A stretch of 64,000 nucleotides of DNA. Origin: Candidatus Binatia bacterium (lineage in GTDB: Bacteria > Desulfobacterota > Binatia > UBA9968). Each line of letters opens with the position of its first letter. Position 1 is the stretch's first letter. The stretch is taken from positions 17,654 through 81,653 of the forward strand of contig DASXRG010000136.1 of assembly GCA_036506735.1 (NCBI GenBank). The letters are read 5' to 3'. A program made the position numbers and the translations under genes. Positions 18,215 through 26,939 of this stretch are shown piece by piece. The notes under the pieces were generated by a model that worked only from the letters and a program-made list of their open reading frames with translations, did no database searches and was not told the DNA's origin.

Positions 18215-18409
18215 TTATGTTTCGTATTGCTCAAGAGCGCCCGGCACCGGGCAATAAGGCAAGCACTCTCCGCAACCCGTGCATTCTTTCTCGATGACCT
18301 CGAACCGGTGGTGGATCTCCTGCATCATGGGGTGCACGGCGCCCTCGGGACAGGCTTCCCGGCAGAGACCGCAAGCGATGCACAGGCTCTGATCGATTCT
18401 GACTTTCAT
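18215..18409 (-). CDS. 2x[4Fe-4S] ferredoxin (64 aa)
   Basis: MKVRIDQSLCIACGLCREACPEGAV...EKECTGCGECLPYCPVPGA contains two CxxCxxCxxxCP motifs. Its ATG overlaps the TGA of the upstream gene (ATGA). Confidence 0.7.
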   Translation of the reverse strand: MKVRIDQSLCIACGLCREACPEGAVHPMMQEIHHRFEVIEKECTGCGECLPYCPVPGALEQYET

Positions 18410-19164
18410 GCGGGCGGCTCGCCTCCGCCCGCACCGCCCAAGGCGCGGGTCGGCGCAGACGCCCAGGGCTTGAGCAGGAAATCGAAAACTTCTTCGATGG
18501 GCTTTTGATCTTCGGGAGTCAACGCGTAGGCGTCGATTTGATATTTTCCTTCCATGAAGTGCATCATCTCCTCGACCTCCTGGCTGCGCAACTGGTGGCG
18601 GATCAAAGGATCGTCGACAACGCTCAAGGTCGCCGTGATGCTCAAGCATGCGGTCGCTTCGTTGAAGTAGTGCTGGCCCGCGCGAGCGAGCGGGTGGATG
18701 TGCGGGAACATCGACGTCATGCCGAAGTAGGCGAGCTTGGGCTGCGTATTCGCGCGCGGATCGTCCATCAACTCCTCCTCCCGTTTGACCCAACCGCCGC
18801 GAATGAGCACGTCCGCGTGGAGCTGGCCGTGCTTGACTTCGTCCCAGATCTGGCGCGCCCGCATGCGCTGAAGATCGATGTACTTGGGCTGCTCGTCGAC
18901 CGTCACCGAAAGGATCTGCGTCGACATCTGCTTGATCGACATGCAGGGCCCCTCGACGGCATATCCGGCCAAAGCCCGCGCGGCCTTCCAATCGTCGCGC
19001 CCCGACTTGAGATCCGCCGCGGCGGTCTTCAGCGCTCCGGCCACAATGTTGTCCCAGACCGGAATGCAGCGCTCGGTCTGGCGCATGCGAAAATCGACCC
19101 CGGCGCCGGCGAAGCCTACCGGATAGACCCACTTGGTTAAAAAATCTTCCAGAATCGGCTGCAT
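18406..19164 (-). CDS. Hypothetical protein (252 aa), possibly an all-alpha metal-binding or diiron/heme-oxygenase-like enzyme, ferredoxin-coupled
   Basis: No recognisable family. Contains EEMMHFMEG (ExxH) and HIHP motifs. Translationally coupled to the downstream ferredoxin. Confidence 0.5.
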   Translation of the reverse strand: MQPILEDFLTKWVYPVGFAGAGVDFRMRQTERCIPVWDNIVAGALKTAAADLKSGRDDWKAARALAGYAVEGPCMSIKQMSTQILSVTVDEQPKYIDLQRMRARQIWDEVKHGQLHADVLIRGGWVKREEELMDDPRANTQPKLAYFGMTSMFPHIHPLARAGQHYFNEATACLSITATLSVVDDPLIRHQLRSQEVEEMMHFMEGKYQIDAYALTPEDQKPIEEVFDFLLKPWASAPTRALGGAGGGEPPA

Positions 19165-19173
19165 GAAATCGCG

Positions 19174-19467
19174 CTACTCCTCGGCCGCTTTCGACGCGGC
19201 GCTACGCGGCCATCTGAGATCGTCGGTCCAGACCTCGGGCGGCGGAGGAACGAGAGATCTGCCGGTGTCCGATTCGACGATCGATCCTTCCGCCGGACAG
19301 TACATGAGACAAACCGTGCACTTCGGATAGATGCAGCGATCGTCGATCTCCAAGAGATGCTGGTCGGTAGAGGAGACCACGACGGCGTTCAAGTTGATCT
19401 CCCGGCACGCGACGTAGCACATCCGGCACTCGGTGCATTTTGCGTGGTCGATTTTTAAGCGCGCCAT
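19174..19467 (-). CDS. 2x[4Fe-4S] ferredoxin (~97 aa)
   Basis: MARLKIDHAKCTECRMCYVACREINLNAVVV...DDRCIYPKCTVCLMYCPAEGSI contains two Cys clusters. Start assigned to the internal ATG; the ORF could extend to 19524. Confidence 0.65.
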   Translation of the reverse strand: MARLKIDHAKCTECRMCYVACREINLNAVVVSSTDQHLLEIDDRCIYPKCTVCLMYCPAEGSIVESDTGRSLVPPPPEVWTDDLRWPRSAASKAAEE

Positions 19468-19483
19468 GACCTGGACCAATCCC

Positions 19484-20239
19484 TCAATCGATGTCGGCGG
19501 AGATGATCTCTCCCCTCTCCTCAACTTCCATCTCGAGCACGAATCGGGCGACCTCTTCGAGCATGAACAGGTAATCGCGCCGGACCTCGGCGCAAAGTCG
19601 CCGCGCGAGCTCGACGTCGACCGCCTTCTTGACGAACCGCTCCACCTGAAGGCGCCCCATCAAGACGTGGCTCCGAGTCTCGGCGCGCTGGCTCGAAAAG
19701 ATTTGACGGATCGGTTCGTCGGGTAGCGACGCGGCGAAGCGGTCGAGCCAAACCAACTCCATGGCCTTCGGTCCCAAGTTCAACGCCGCGATCCTGAGAT
19801 TCTGCGGATAGTTGGCCAGCGCGCGCAGGCTGAAGATAAACGAAGCGACGCGGGTTGCGGGAACGAGCCGGCAGTAAGGGTGCTCGAATGCCCGCCTCTG
19901 GGTGCGCGCCCACTTGCGCCTCAGAATCTCGTCCAGGTACTGCATCTCGTGCATGGAGTCGTCGTAAATCTGCTTGCCGAAAAGGTAGGCGACCGTCGGC
20001 GGGTATTCGTTCAAGTTGATCCCCAAGGCCCAACCACCGTAGACGTAGTACATGAGCCGCTTCACCGTCCATAGCCGGCCGAGGAGCTTGAAGTAGTGAT
20101 CGTCGCCGAATTCGCCTCTGCGCGCCGCGGCCAGCAGCGCGTCCATCGGTGTCGTCGAGGCCTCCTCCTCGCTTTGCCGGCGCAGCTCGTCGGCGAGAGC
20201 GGCGCCCGGTTTTTCGATTGAAGAGCTCATCGCATGCAT
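19484..20239 (-). CDS. Hypothetical protein (251 aa), unknown helical protein, possible metalloenzyme
   Basis: LWTVKRLMYYVYGGWALGINLNEYPP...DDSMHEMQYLDEILRRKW. No confident family assignment. Sits directly between the BNR gene and ferredoxin 2. Confidence 0.5.
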   Translation of the reverse strand: MHAMSSSIEKPGAALADELRRQSEEEASTTPMDALLAAARRGEFGDDHYFKLLGRLWTVKRLMYYVYGGWALGINLNEYPPTVAYLFGKQIYDDSMHEMQYLDEILRRKWARTQRRAFEHPYCRLVPATRVASFIFSLRALANYPQNLRIAALNLGPKAMELVWLDRFAASLPDEPIRQIFSSQRAETRSHVLMGRLQVERFVKKAVDVELARRLCAEVRRDYLFMLEEVARFVLEMEVEERGEIISADID

Positions 20240-20240
20240 T

Positions 20241-21359
20241 TCAGCTTGCGGCGAGAAGACGCTCGTGCCCCTTCTTGGAAATCGGCGCGAGCCCGGACGC
20301 GATCAGAGTCCAGTGCTCGCCGCCGTCCTCACTTGAGTAAATCTCGCCGCCGGTCGTGCCGGCAAAAACCGAGTATCCTTCGCCCCAATCAACCAGACAC
20401 AAGGCACCGATCTCGTGCTTCATCCTGTCGGGGAGCCCGCCCGCCAGCCTCTTCCAGCTCCGTCCCCCATCCTCGCTGCGATAAATCTTGCCGCCGGCCT
20501 CGGCGAGCGCTCCGCGCGCGCGCCAGGTGCTCGGGTTGTGTTCAGCGGCGGAGACAAACATGACGTCCGGCCGCCGCGGATTCAGAACGAAGCCGTCCGG
20601 GTAGACGTCTTCCGCCCAGTCGGAACTGGTCCATCGCTCCCAGCCGCCTCCGCCATTGAAAGTGACGTACAATCCCGCCCCGCCGGTGAGGTAGATCCTT
20701 TCCGGGTCGCGCGGATCGATGAGCGCCCGGTGCACGTCATAGAAATGCTCCACCGGACGGTTCTTGTCCCGGAGGAAGCCGACCGTATTGAGCTCGGCCC
20801 AGCTTTTTCCCGCGTCGGCGCTCTTTAGAAACGCGCCCTGTTCGATGCAGGCGTAGATGGTGTCGGGCGTGCGGGGATCGAACGTGATGAATTTCGTGTG
20901 CGCGACGTGCGGCGGAGCCGGGAACGACCAATCCTGGACGCTCGGCACCGCGCGCAGAGAGGGCAGCTCCGTCCAGTGAAGCCCCAGGTCGTCGCTGTAG
21001 AAGAGGTGCGCCGGCTCCGTGCCGGCATAAATCCGAACCTTGCCGTCCAACTGAGCCGAAGCCAAACTGTAAACGTCTTGATAGGTCAGCCCTCGGTCGC
21101 GCCGCTCCCAACTTTTCCCGCCGTCCGCGCTGGCGTGGAGCGAGCCGAAGAACGCGCCGGCAAAGAGCTGGCCTTGACTCGGCTCGCTGACCATCGAGCT
21201 GATGTGCAGTCCGCGCAGCGCGCGATGGGCCGCGCGCCACTCTGTGCCACCGGAGCGCTCCAGAAGAACGAGACCGTCTTGAGTCCCGACCCATACCTGC
21301 CGCGGCCGCTCAGTGGACGTATAGACATTCGAGCCACCGTGAGTAAGTCCGATTTCCAT
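20241..21359 (-). CDS. BNR/Asp-box repeat beta-propeller protein (Ycf48/sortilin-like), no signal peptide
   Basis: Six SxDxGxxW Asp-box motifs (SADGGKSW, SDDLGLHW, SADAGKSW, TFNGGGGW, SEDGGRSW, SEDGGEHW). Confidence 0.7.
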   Translation of the reverse strand: MEIGLTHGGSNVYTSTERPRQVWVGTQDGLVLLERSGGTEWRAAHRALRGLHISSMVSEPSQGQLFAGAFFGSLHASADGGKSWERRDRGLTYQDVYSLASAQLDGKVRIYAGTEPAHLFYSDDLGLHWTELPSLRAVPSVQDWSFPAPPHVAHTKFITFDPRTPDTIYACIEQGAFLKSADAGKSWAELNTVGFLRDKNRPVEHFYDVHRALIDPRDPERIYLTGGAGLYVTFNGGGGWERWTSSDWAEDVYPDGFVLNPRRPDVMFVSAAEHNPSTWRARGALAEAGGKIYRSEDGGRSWKRLAGGLPDRMKHEIGALCLVDWGEGYSVFAGTTGGEIYSSEDGGEHWTLIASGLAPISKKGHERLLAAS

Positions 21360-21398
21360 ATTTTTCCTCCCGACGTCGAGTCAGCTCGTCTTACCATC

Positions 21399-22418
21399 CT
21401 ACTTTCTGTAAAGCGCCGCAACAAAGCCGCTCTGCTCGATCCGCTTCACATACGAAGGATCGATAATCAGATTCGGATCCGTCTGCTTTGCCTGGGGGTA
21501 TTGGAACGAGACCATGTCCAACGCGGTCTTGATGACCGGCAAAGAAGGATGCGGCGCGGCTTCCACCACCGCGGCCGTGTACTGATAAATATCCTCCAGA
21601 ATCTCTTCGCTCGTCCCCCTCATGTACTGTCTCATGACCGCCAGCGCCTTTTGTTTGTTCGTTTTGAAGATAAAAATCCCCTCGATGACGCATTTCAAGA
21701 CCTTTTCCACGAGCTCGGGATTCTTGCTCAAAGTTTGTCTGAGGGTGGTCACCGTGTTGTAGGGATACTCGATTCCGAGCCGGTCGTAATTCGACAGCTC
21801 GCGGAAGCCCATTTTCCTCGCGATCAGCAGGTATGGAATCGAAACGGCCGCCGCGTCGACGACGCCCCGCTCCAGCGCCTGCAGCGAGAGAGTCGGCTCA
21901 CCCATGGGCAACAGCTTCACGTCCCGATCGGGCGTGAGGCCATATTTCGCCGGCAGCACGTACCGCACCATCGCATCGAGAAACGCCCCCGGGCGTCCCG
22001 TCGCCAGAGTTTTGCCTCTCAACTCTTCGACGCTCTTGATTTCGGTTTTCGAGACGATCCCTGATCCGACTTTATTGGTTACCGTCGCGATGATCACCTG
22101 GTCCCTGACGCCGAGAACGTGCGAGGTCACCGCGCCGGTGCCCGTGGCGACGACGAACGGCACTTCGCCGCTCGCCAGCAACTGCTGCGGCCGCACACGT
22201 CCCGCATAGACGGCCTTCAAATCCAGACCGTATTTGGTCCCCAGCCTCTCTGCCACCGCGATCCACAGCGGAATGTACGGACCTGAAAAAGACGAATAAC
22301 CGACTGTAAGGCTTTCCAACCGGGATGCGGCGAGACATGGGGCTGCAAAGACGGCCCATCCATAGACGAGCCACAGGCCGATGAGATATTTTTTGTTGGC
22401 CACGGAGGTCGCCGTCAC
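21399..22418 (-). CDS. NMT1/SsuA-like periplasmic SBP, orphan
   Basis: Leader LIGLWLVYGWAVFAAPCLAAS. SsuA-like core (LLASGEVPFVVATGTGAV; LRGKTLATGRPGAFLD). Confidence 0.75.
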   Translation of the reverse strand: MTATSVANKKYLIGLWLVYGWAVFAAPCLAASRLESLTVGYSSFSGPYIPLWIAVAERLGTKYGLDLKAVYAGRVRPQQLLASGEVPFVVATGTGAVTSHVLGVRDQVIIATVTNKVGSGIVSKTEIKSVEELRGKTLATGRPGAFLDAMVRYVLPAKYGLTPDRDVKLLPMGEPTLSLQALERGVVDAAAVSIPYLLIARKMGFRELSNYDRLGIEYPYNTVTTLRQTLSKNPELVEKVLKCVIEGIFIFKTNKQKALAVMRQYMRGTSEEILEDIYQYTAAVVEAAPHPSLPVIKTALDMVSFQYPQAKQTDPNLIIDPSYVKRIEQSGFVAALYRK

Positions 22419-22560
22419 GGCGGAGAAGTCTGAGTCTCGTTACCACTTCTGACAATGACAAATCAATAGATGAAGCCAAGCCGCCGGCGGCTTGACACAA
22501 AGAGCCAGCCGTAATTATAACGTACCAGCTAATCTGTTTCGTGCCGTCCTCTGAAGGATC

Positions 22561-23778
22561 GTGATCATCGTGAAAACCAACGGAACTGCGCCGCTCTCCG
22601 GGTATCGAGTCTTGGACCTCGCGGGGCCGTTGGCTTTTCATTGCGTGAAGCTCCTGGCGGATATGGGCGCGGACGTGGTGAAGGTAGAACCGCCGGGCGG
22701 CGATCCGGCGCGTCATGTCCCACCCTTCAAGGATGACATGCCGCATGCAGAGAAGAGCCTCTATTTCCTACACTACAACACCAACAAGCGCGGCATCACC
22801 TTGAACTTGGATGCGCGTGAGGGGCGGTCGATTTTCTTGCAGCTTGCCCGCTCGGCGCACGTGGTGGTCGAGACGTTTCGCCCTGGACACATGGACGAGT
22901 TGGGTCTGGGCTACGGTGCGCTGAGCGGCACTAACCCAGGCCTCGTCATGGCGTCTCTCACCCCATTCGGGCAGACAGGTCCGTGGCGCGACTACAAGGC
23001 GACCGACATCGCCGGCCTCGCGCTCAGCAACCTGATGGTCATGACCGGCGAGCCCGGCGAGCCTCCCCTGCAGGCGCCCGGCGAGGTGGCCTACGGCATG
23101 GCGTCGACTTACGGGGCATTCGGCGTCGCCGTTGCCCTCTATCATCGCGAGAACGGCGGCAAGGGCCAGCACATCGACGTGTCGATGCACGAGTGCGGCG
23201 CTCACATCGCCGGCTACTTCATTCCTCAATACGGCGCCACCGGCGCCAAGCCCAGCCGCGCCTCGCGCAAAGGCGAAGAGACCGATCTTTATGATCCGTA
23301 TCCGGCGAAAAATGGATACGTGCGGATCTTCATCATTCCGTCGGAGCAGTGGCGCAGGCTGGTGGACTGGATGGGCCGTCCGGAAGCGATCGCGGGCCCG
23401 GAGTTCGAGAAGATGGAACACCGCCGGCAACATCCGGAGCCGGTTCTAAGGACGATCACGGAATTTTGCAAGCGCCACACTAAAGAGGAACTCTACGAGG
23501 AAGGGCAAAAACGCCGCATCAGCGTGACGCCGATCAATACGGCGCGTGAATTCATGGAGAGCGCCCACACGAAGGCGCGGCATCTCTTCCTCGAGATGGA
23601 GCACCCGGCCGTCGGCAAATATCTCCACTACGGCCCGGTTCCGAGATTCAGCGAAACGCCGGGCCGGGTAACTAGAACCGCGCCGCTGATCGGCGAGCAC
23701 AACGAGGAGATCTACTGCGGCGAGCTGGGTTTTTCCAAAAAGGACCTCATCACGCTGGGCGCGGCCGGGGTGATTTAG
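22561..23778 (+). CDS. CoA-transferase family III (CaiB/BaiF-type)
   Basis: LSGYRVLDLAGPLAFHCVKLLADMGADVVKVEPPGGDP is the N-terminal family III signature. Conserved Asp region (MVMTGEPGEPP). GTG start. Confidence 0.85.
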   Translation: MIIVKTNGTAPLSGYRVLDLAGPLAFHCVKLLADMGADVVKVEPPGGDPARHVPPFKDDMPHAEKSLYFLHYNTNKRGITLNLDAREGRSIFLQLARSAHVVVETFRPGHMDELGLGYGALSGTNPGLVMASLTPFGQTGPWRDYKATDIAGLALSNLMVMTGEPGEPPLQAPGEVAYGMASTYGAFGVAVALYHRENGGKGQHIDVSMHECGAHIAGYFIPQYGATGAKPSRASRKGEETDLYDPYPAKNGYVRIFIIPSEQWRRLVDWMGRPEAIAGPEFEKMEHRRQHPEPVLRTITEFCKRHTKEELYEEGQKRRISVTPINTAREFMESAHTKARHLFLEMEHPAVGKYLHYGPVPRFSETPGRVTRTAPLIGEHNEEIYCGELGFSKKDLITLGAAGVI

Positions 23779-23786
23779 GAGGAGCC

Positions 23787-24995
23787 ATGCAGCAGCTTCC
23801 ATTGGAGGGGATTCGAGTCCTCGAGCTGACCACCGGCGCGGCCGGGCCTACCTGCGCGCGCGTGCTTTGTGAGTTTGGCGCCGAGGTAATCCGAGTCGAG
23901 ACCCGGTTGCGCGGCGACGGCCACAGAGGCGAGGACCCGAAGAAATGGAACAAGAAACCGGATTTCGTAAAACTCCATCGGGGCAAGAAGTCCTTCACCG
24001 TGAACATGAAGCTGGACAAAGGGCGCGAGCTGGTCAAGCAGCTGGCCAAGAAATGCGACGTGCTGGTCGAGAACTACGGCCTGGGTGTCTTGGAAAGGTG
24101 GGGGCTCGATTATCCCCAACTGAAAGAGCTGAATCCATCCTGCATTCTCGTGCGCGTCAAGGGGCTGGGCTGCACCGGCCCGCACGCCGCGGATCTCACC
24201 TGGGGTCCAAACGTAGGAAACATCATGGGTGGCACCTACTTGTGGAATTATCCCGGAGCCACCACCGCGACGGCGGAGCCCAGGACTCAGCATCCCGACT
24301 TCATGGGTGGCGTGACCGGCGCTTTCGCCGTGGTCCTCGCCTTGATGCAGCGGAAAAAAATCGGACAGGGGCAATGGATCGACAACGCGCAGCTCGAGAT
24401 CGGCGCATCGCTCCTCGGTCCGCGCTATCTGGAATACTCCGTCAACGGCCGGGAGCCTGGGCCCGAGGGAAACCGGAGTCTCGTCGCCGCGCCTTACGGG
24501 GCCTACCGATGCAAGGGCGACGACCGTTGGTGCGCCATCGCCGTTTACACTCAAGAGGAATGGGAAAAATTCTCGCGCTTGCTGGAGCACTCGGGCCTGG
24601 ACCGCAACGGCCAGTTCACGACCCACTTGGAGCGCGTGCGCCGGCGGGAAGAGTTGGATCGCTGGGTCGAGATGTGGACCAGCCAGCGCGACGCCTATGA
24701 AGTGATGGAAAAGCTGCAAGGGATCGGGGTCTGCGCCGCGGTGGTGCAGGATGTGGAGGACCAATTCACGCGCGACGCCCAGTACGCCGCGCGCGGCTTC
24801 CTCGTGAAGCTTAAAGAGCCCGAGGCCGGGGTAGTGGTGACGGAAGGTATTCCCGTGCGGTTGTCGGAGACGCCGGGAAGGGTGCGCGGCGCCGCGCCGC
24901 TCATGGGCGAACATACCCAGGAAATCGCTCGCGACCTGCTCGGGCTCAGCGACGCAGAGATCAAAACTTTAGAGCAGGAAGGCGTTTTGACTTAA
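23787..24995 (+). CDS. CoA-transferase family III (CaiB/BaiF-type), paralog
   Basis: LEGIRVLELTTGAAGPTCARVLCEFGAEVIRVE. GGAGG RBS. Starts 8 nt after the upstream paralog. Confidence 0.85.
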   Translation: MQQLPLEGIRVLELTTGAAGPTCARVLCEFGAEVIRVETRLRGDGHRGEDPKKWNKKPDFVKLHRGKKSFTVNMKLDKGRELVKQLAKKCDVLVENYGLGVLERWGLDYPQLKELNPSCILVRVKGLGCTGPHAADLTWGPNVGNIMGGTYLWNYPGATTATAEPRTQHPDFMGGVTGAFAVVLALMQRKKIGQGQWIDNAQLEIGASLLGPRYLEYSVNGREPGPEGNRSLVAAPYGAYRCKGDDRWCAIAVYTQEEWEKFSRLLEHSGLDRNGQFTTHLERVRRREELDRWVEMWTSQRDAYEVMEKLQGIGVCAAVVQDVEDQFTRDAQYAARGFLVKLKEPEAGVVVTEGIPVRLSETPGRVRGAAPLMGEHTQEIARDLLGLSDAEIKTLEQEGVLT

Positions 24996-25016
24996 ACACA
25001 AGAAAGGGGAATCAGC

Positions 25017-25835
25017 ATGCCAGAACCAATTCTCATCTACGAGAAAAGAGATCCTCATATCGCTATCATTCGACTCAACCGGCCGGAGAAAAAGAACTCG
25101 ATCAGCAGCGAGCTGCACTGGGCGCTCGACGAGGCGTGGCACAAGGCCAAAGACGATGAGGACGTCTGGAGCATTATTCTCACCGGCTCGGGGGATTCGT
25201 TCTGCGCGGGGGGCGACTTAAAAGAGAATCTGGCGTCGGCCCGCGGCGAGCTTAAGAAACCTCGCTTCGGAAATCGAACCTACTCGAATCTCCGCGACCT
25301 GGAGCTCCATAAGCCGATAATCGCCGCGATCAACGGCTACGCGGTGGGCGGCGGCTTCAGCCTGGCGCTCAACTGCGACATACGCTATTGCGTTCCGGCG
25401 ACGAAGTTCGGTTGTTCCGAGGTCCGTTGGTCCCACCTGGCCGCGTGGCCGGCCTACGTGTGCACTCTGCCTCTGGGCTGGGCTTTTTGGTTCGCATTCA
25501 CCGGACAGACGGTCGACGCGGAGACGGCTTTTCGCCTCGGACTGGTGCAGAAGATCTGCGAGCCGGAGAAGCTCCTCGACGACTGCGTGGAGCTATGCAC
25601 GATCATCAACCGCAATGGAAAGTTGATCGCGGCCCACACAAAAGAATACATCTACAAGCTCTTGTATGAGATTCAGGGCTGGGAGCAAGGCTACAAGGTG
25701 CACCGGGACTATTACACCCACCTGCGCCAGAGCAAGGACTACGATGAGGGCTCCGCAGCTTTTGCCGAAAGGCGCAAACCGGAGTTTACCGCCACTTATT
25801 ACGACAAGAAGGACAAGCCGCCGGGAGTTCCCTAA
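25017..25835 (+). CDS. Enoyl-CoA hydratase/isomerase (crotonase) family protein, divergent
   Basis: IAIIRLNRPEKKNSIS...ILTGSGDSFCAGGDLKE...PIIAAINGYAVGGGFSLALNCDIRY are canonical. The usual second oxyanion-hole segment is replaced by SEVRWSHLAAWPAYVCTLPLGWAFW. Confidence 0.75.
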   Translation: MPEPILIYEKRDPHIAIIRLNRPEKKNSISSELHWALDEAWHKAKDDEDVWSIILTGSGDSFCAGGDLKENLASARGELKKPRFGNRTYSNLRDLELHKPIIAAINGYAVGGGFSLALNCDIRYCVPATKFGCSEVRWSHLAAWPAYVCTLPLGWAFWFAFTGQTVDAETAFRLGLVQKICEPEKLLDDCVELCTIINRNGKLIAAHTKEYIYKLLYEIQGWEQGYKVHRDYYTHLRQSKDYDEGSAAFAERRKPEFTATYYDKKDKPPGVP

Positions 25836-25839
25836 CCCT

Positions 25840-26916
25840 TCATCCCTTCCCCAGGTGGTGGGCGAGAAAGTCCGCGATCAGCGGCCGGTATTTGAACGGC
25901 ATGTTGTTGCACACGTGATTGCCGCCTTCCAGCACGACCATCTCTTTCGGGCCTGAAGCTTCAGCGTAAATTCTCTTCGGCTGTTCGAGCGGGATGAAAT
26001 CTTTCGTCCCGTGCACAATCAATAGCGGGCAGCGGATCTTCGGCGCCAGCCCTTCGAGCGTGCAGCGGCGATGGAGGTCCGCGAGCTGCTTTTTGTCGTA
26101 GATCTTCCAGATGTGCGCGATGCGGGCGAACTCGAACGGATCGTCGAAGCGATTGAGCGAGCGGGTGCGGTCGTACATGCCGCCCGATAGGGTGCAGGCC
26201 TTGATGCGATCGTCGCACGCCGCCGAGCGCGGGCCGAGGTAGCCGCCCATGCTGGGACCGAAGACGCCGAGCCGTTTGGCGTCAACCTGCTGCAGCTTTT
26301 CCAAATAGTCGATGACGGTCGAAGTCGCGCGCTCGAACTCGACGATGATTCCGCCTTGAAACCAGCTCTCGCCCTGCCCCGGGCCGTCGAAGGTGAACGT
26401 CGCCAGACCGCGGCGCAGGAAAACGTCTTCCATCGTGCGCGCTTCTTCTTTGGTCGATTCAAGGCCGGAGATGATCATCACCACCGGCGGCTTTTTCACC
26501 GCCGTTGGAACTCGGAGGTAAGCGGGCAAACGAAAATGATCGAACGGCATTTCGTGGCGCTCGGCCGGCGGGTCGAGATAAGGCGCAGCCTTCGCGTAGC
26601 AGGCGACTCGCTTGTGATGCGCCGCCGTGTACTGGTCCCGATCCTCGGGAGAATTGTTGCAAGCGAAGTGATAGGCCATCGCCGCAAGCAAATAAGCTTC
26701 GGTCGCGCTCTCGCGGTTGCCCTTGGCCTCGTTCTCGCGCGCGAACTCTTCGTGCCCGGCGGCGGTCGCCGACCACTCGCGGCACCAGTCCTGCCAGGCC
26801 CCGATGCGCGCGCTGGTCGTGGCGAGATCGTTGTAGTCGATGCCCTGGACGATCATGCGCGGCGCCCAAGTTTGTAAGACATGATCGACGGTCGCATCCG
26901 GATGTTTGGCCAGCAT
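25840..26916 (-). CDS. Alpha/beta hydrolase, FrsA/DUF1100-like esterase family
   Basis: VMIISGLESTKEE...RLGVFGPSMGGYLG (GxSxG nucleophile elbow)...LIVHGTKDFIP...GGNHV. Paralogous to 32188-33297 and 57393-58490. Confidence 0.7.
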   Translation of the reverse strand: MLAKHPDATVDHVLQTWAPRMIVQGIDYNDLATTSARIGAWQDWCREWSATAAGHEEFARENEAKGNRESATEAYLLAAMAYHFACNNSPEDRDQYTAAHHKRVACYAKAAPYLDPPAERHEMPFDHFRLPAYLRVPTAVKKPPVVMIISGLESTKEEARTMEDVFLRRGLATFTFDGPGQGESWFQGGIIVEFERATSTVIDYLEKLQQVDAKRLGVFGPSMGGYLGPRSAACDDRIKACTLSGGMYDRTRSLNRFDDPFEFARIAHIWKIYDKKQLADLHRRCTLEGLAPKIRCPLLIVHGTKDFIPLEQPKRIYAEASGPKEMVVLEGGNHVCNNMPFKYRPLIADFLAHHLGKG

Positions 26917-26939
26917 GAGGGTCTCCTTACTTGACGGTT

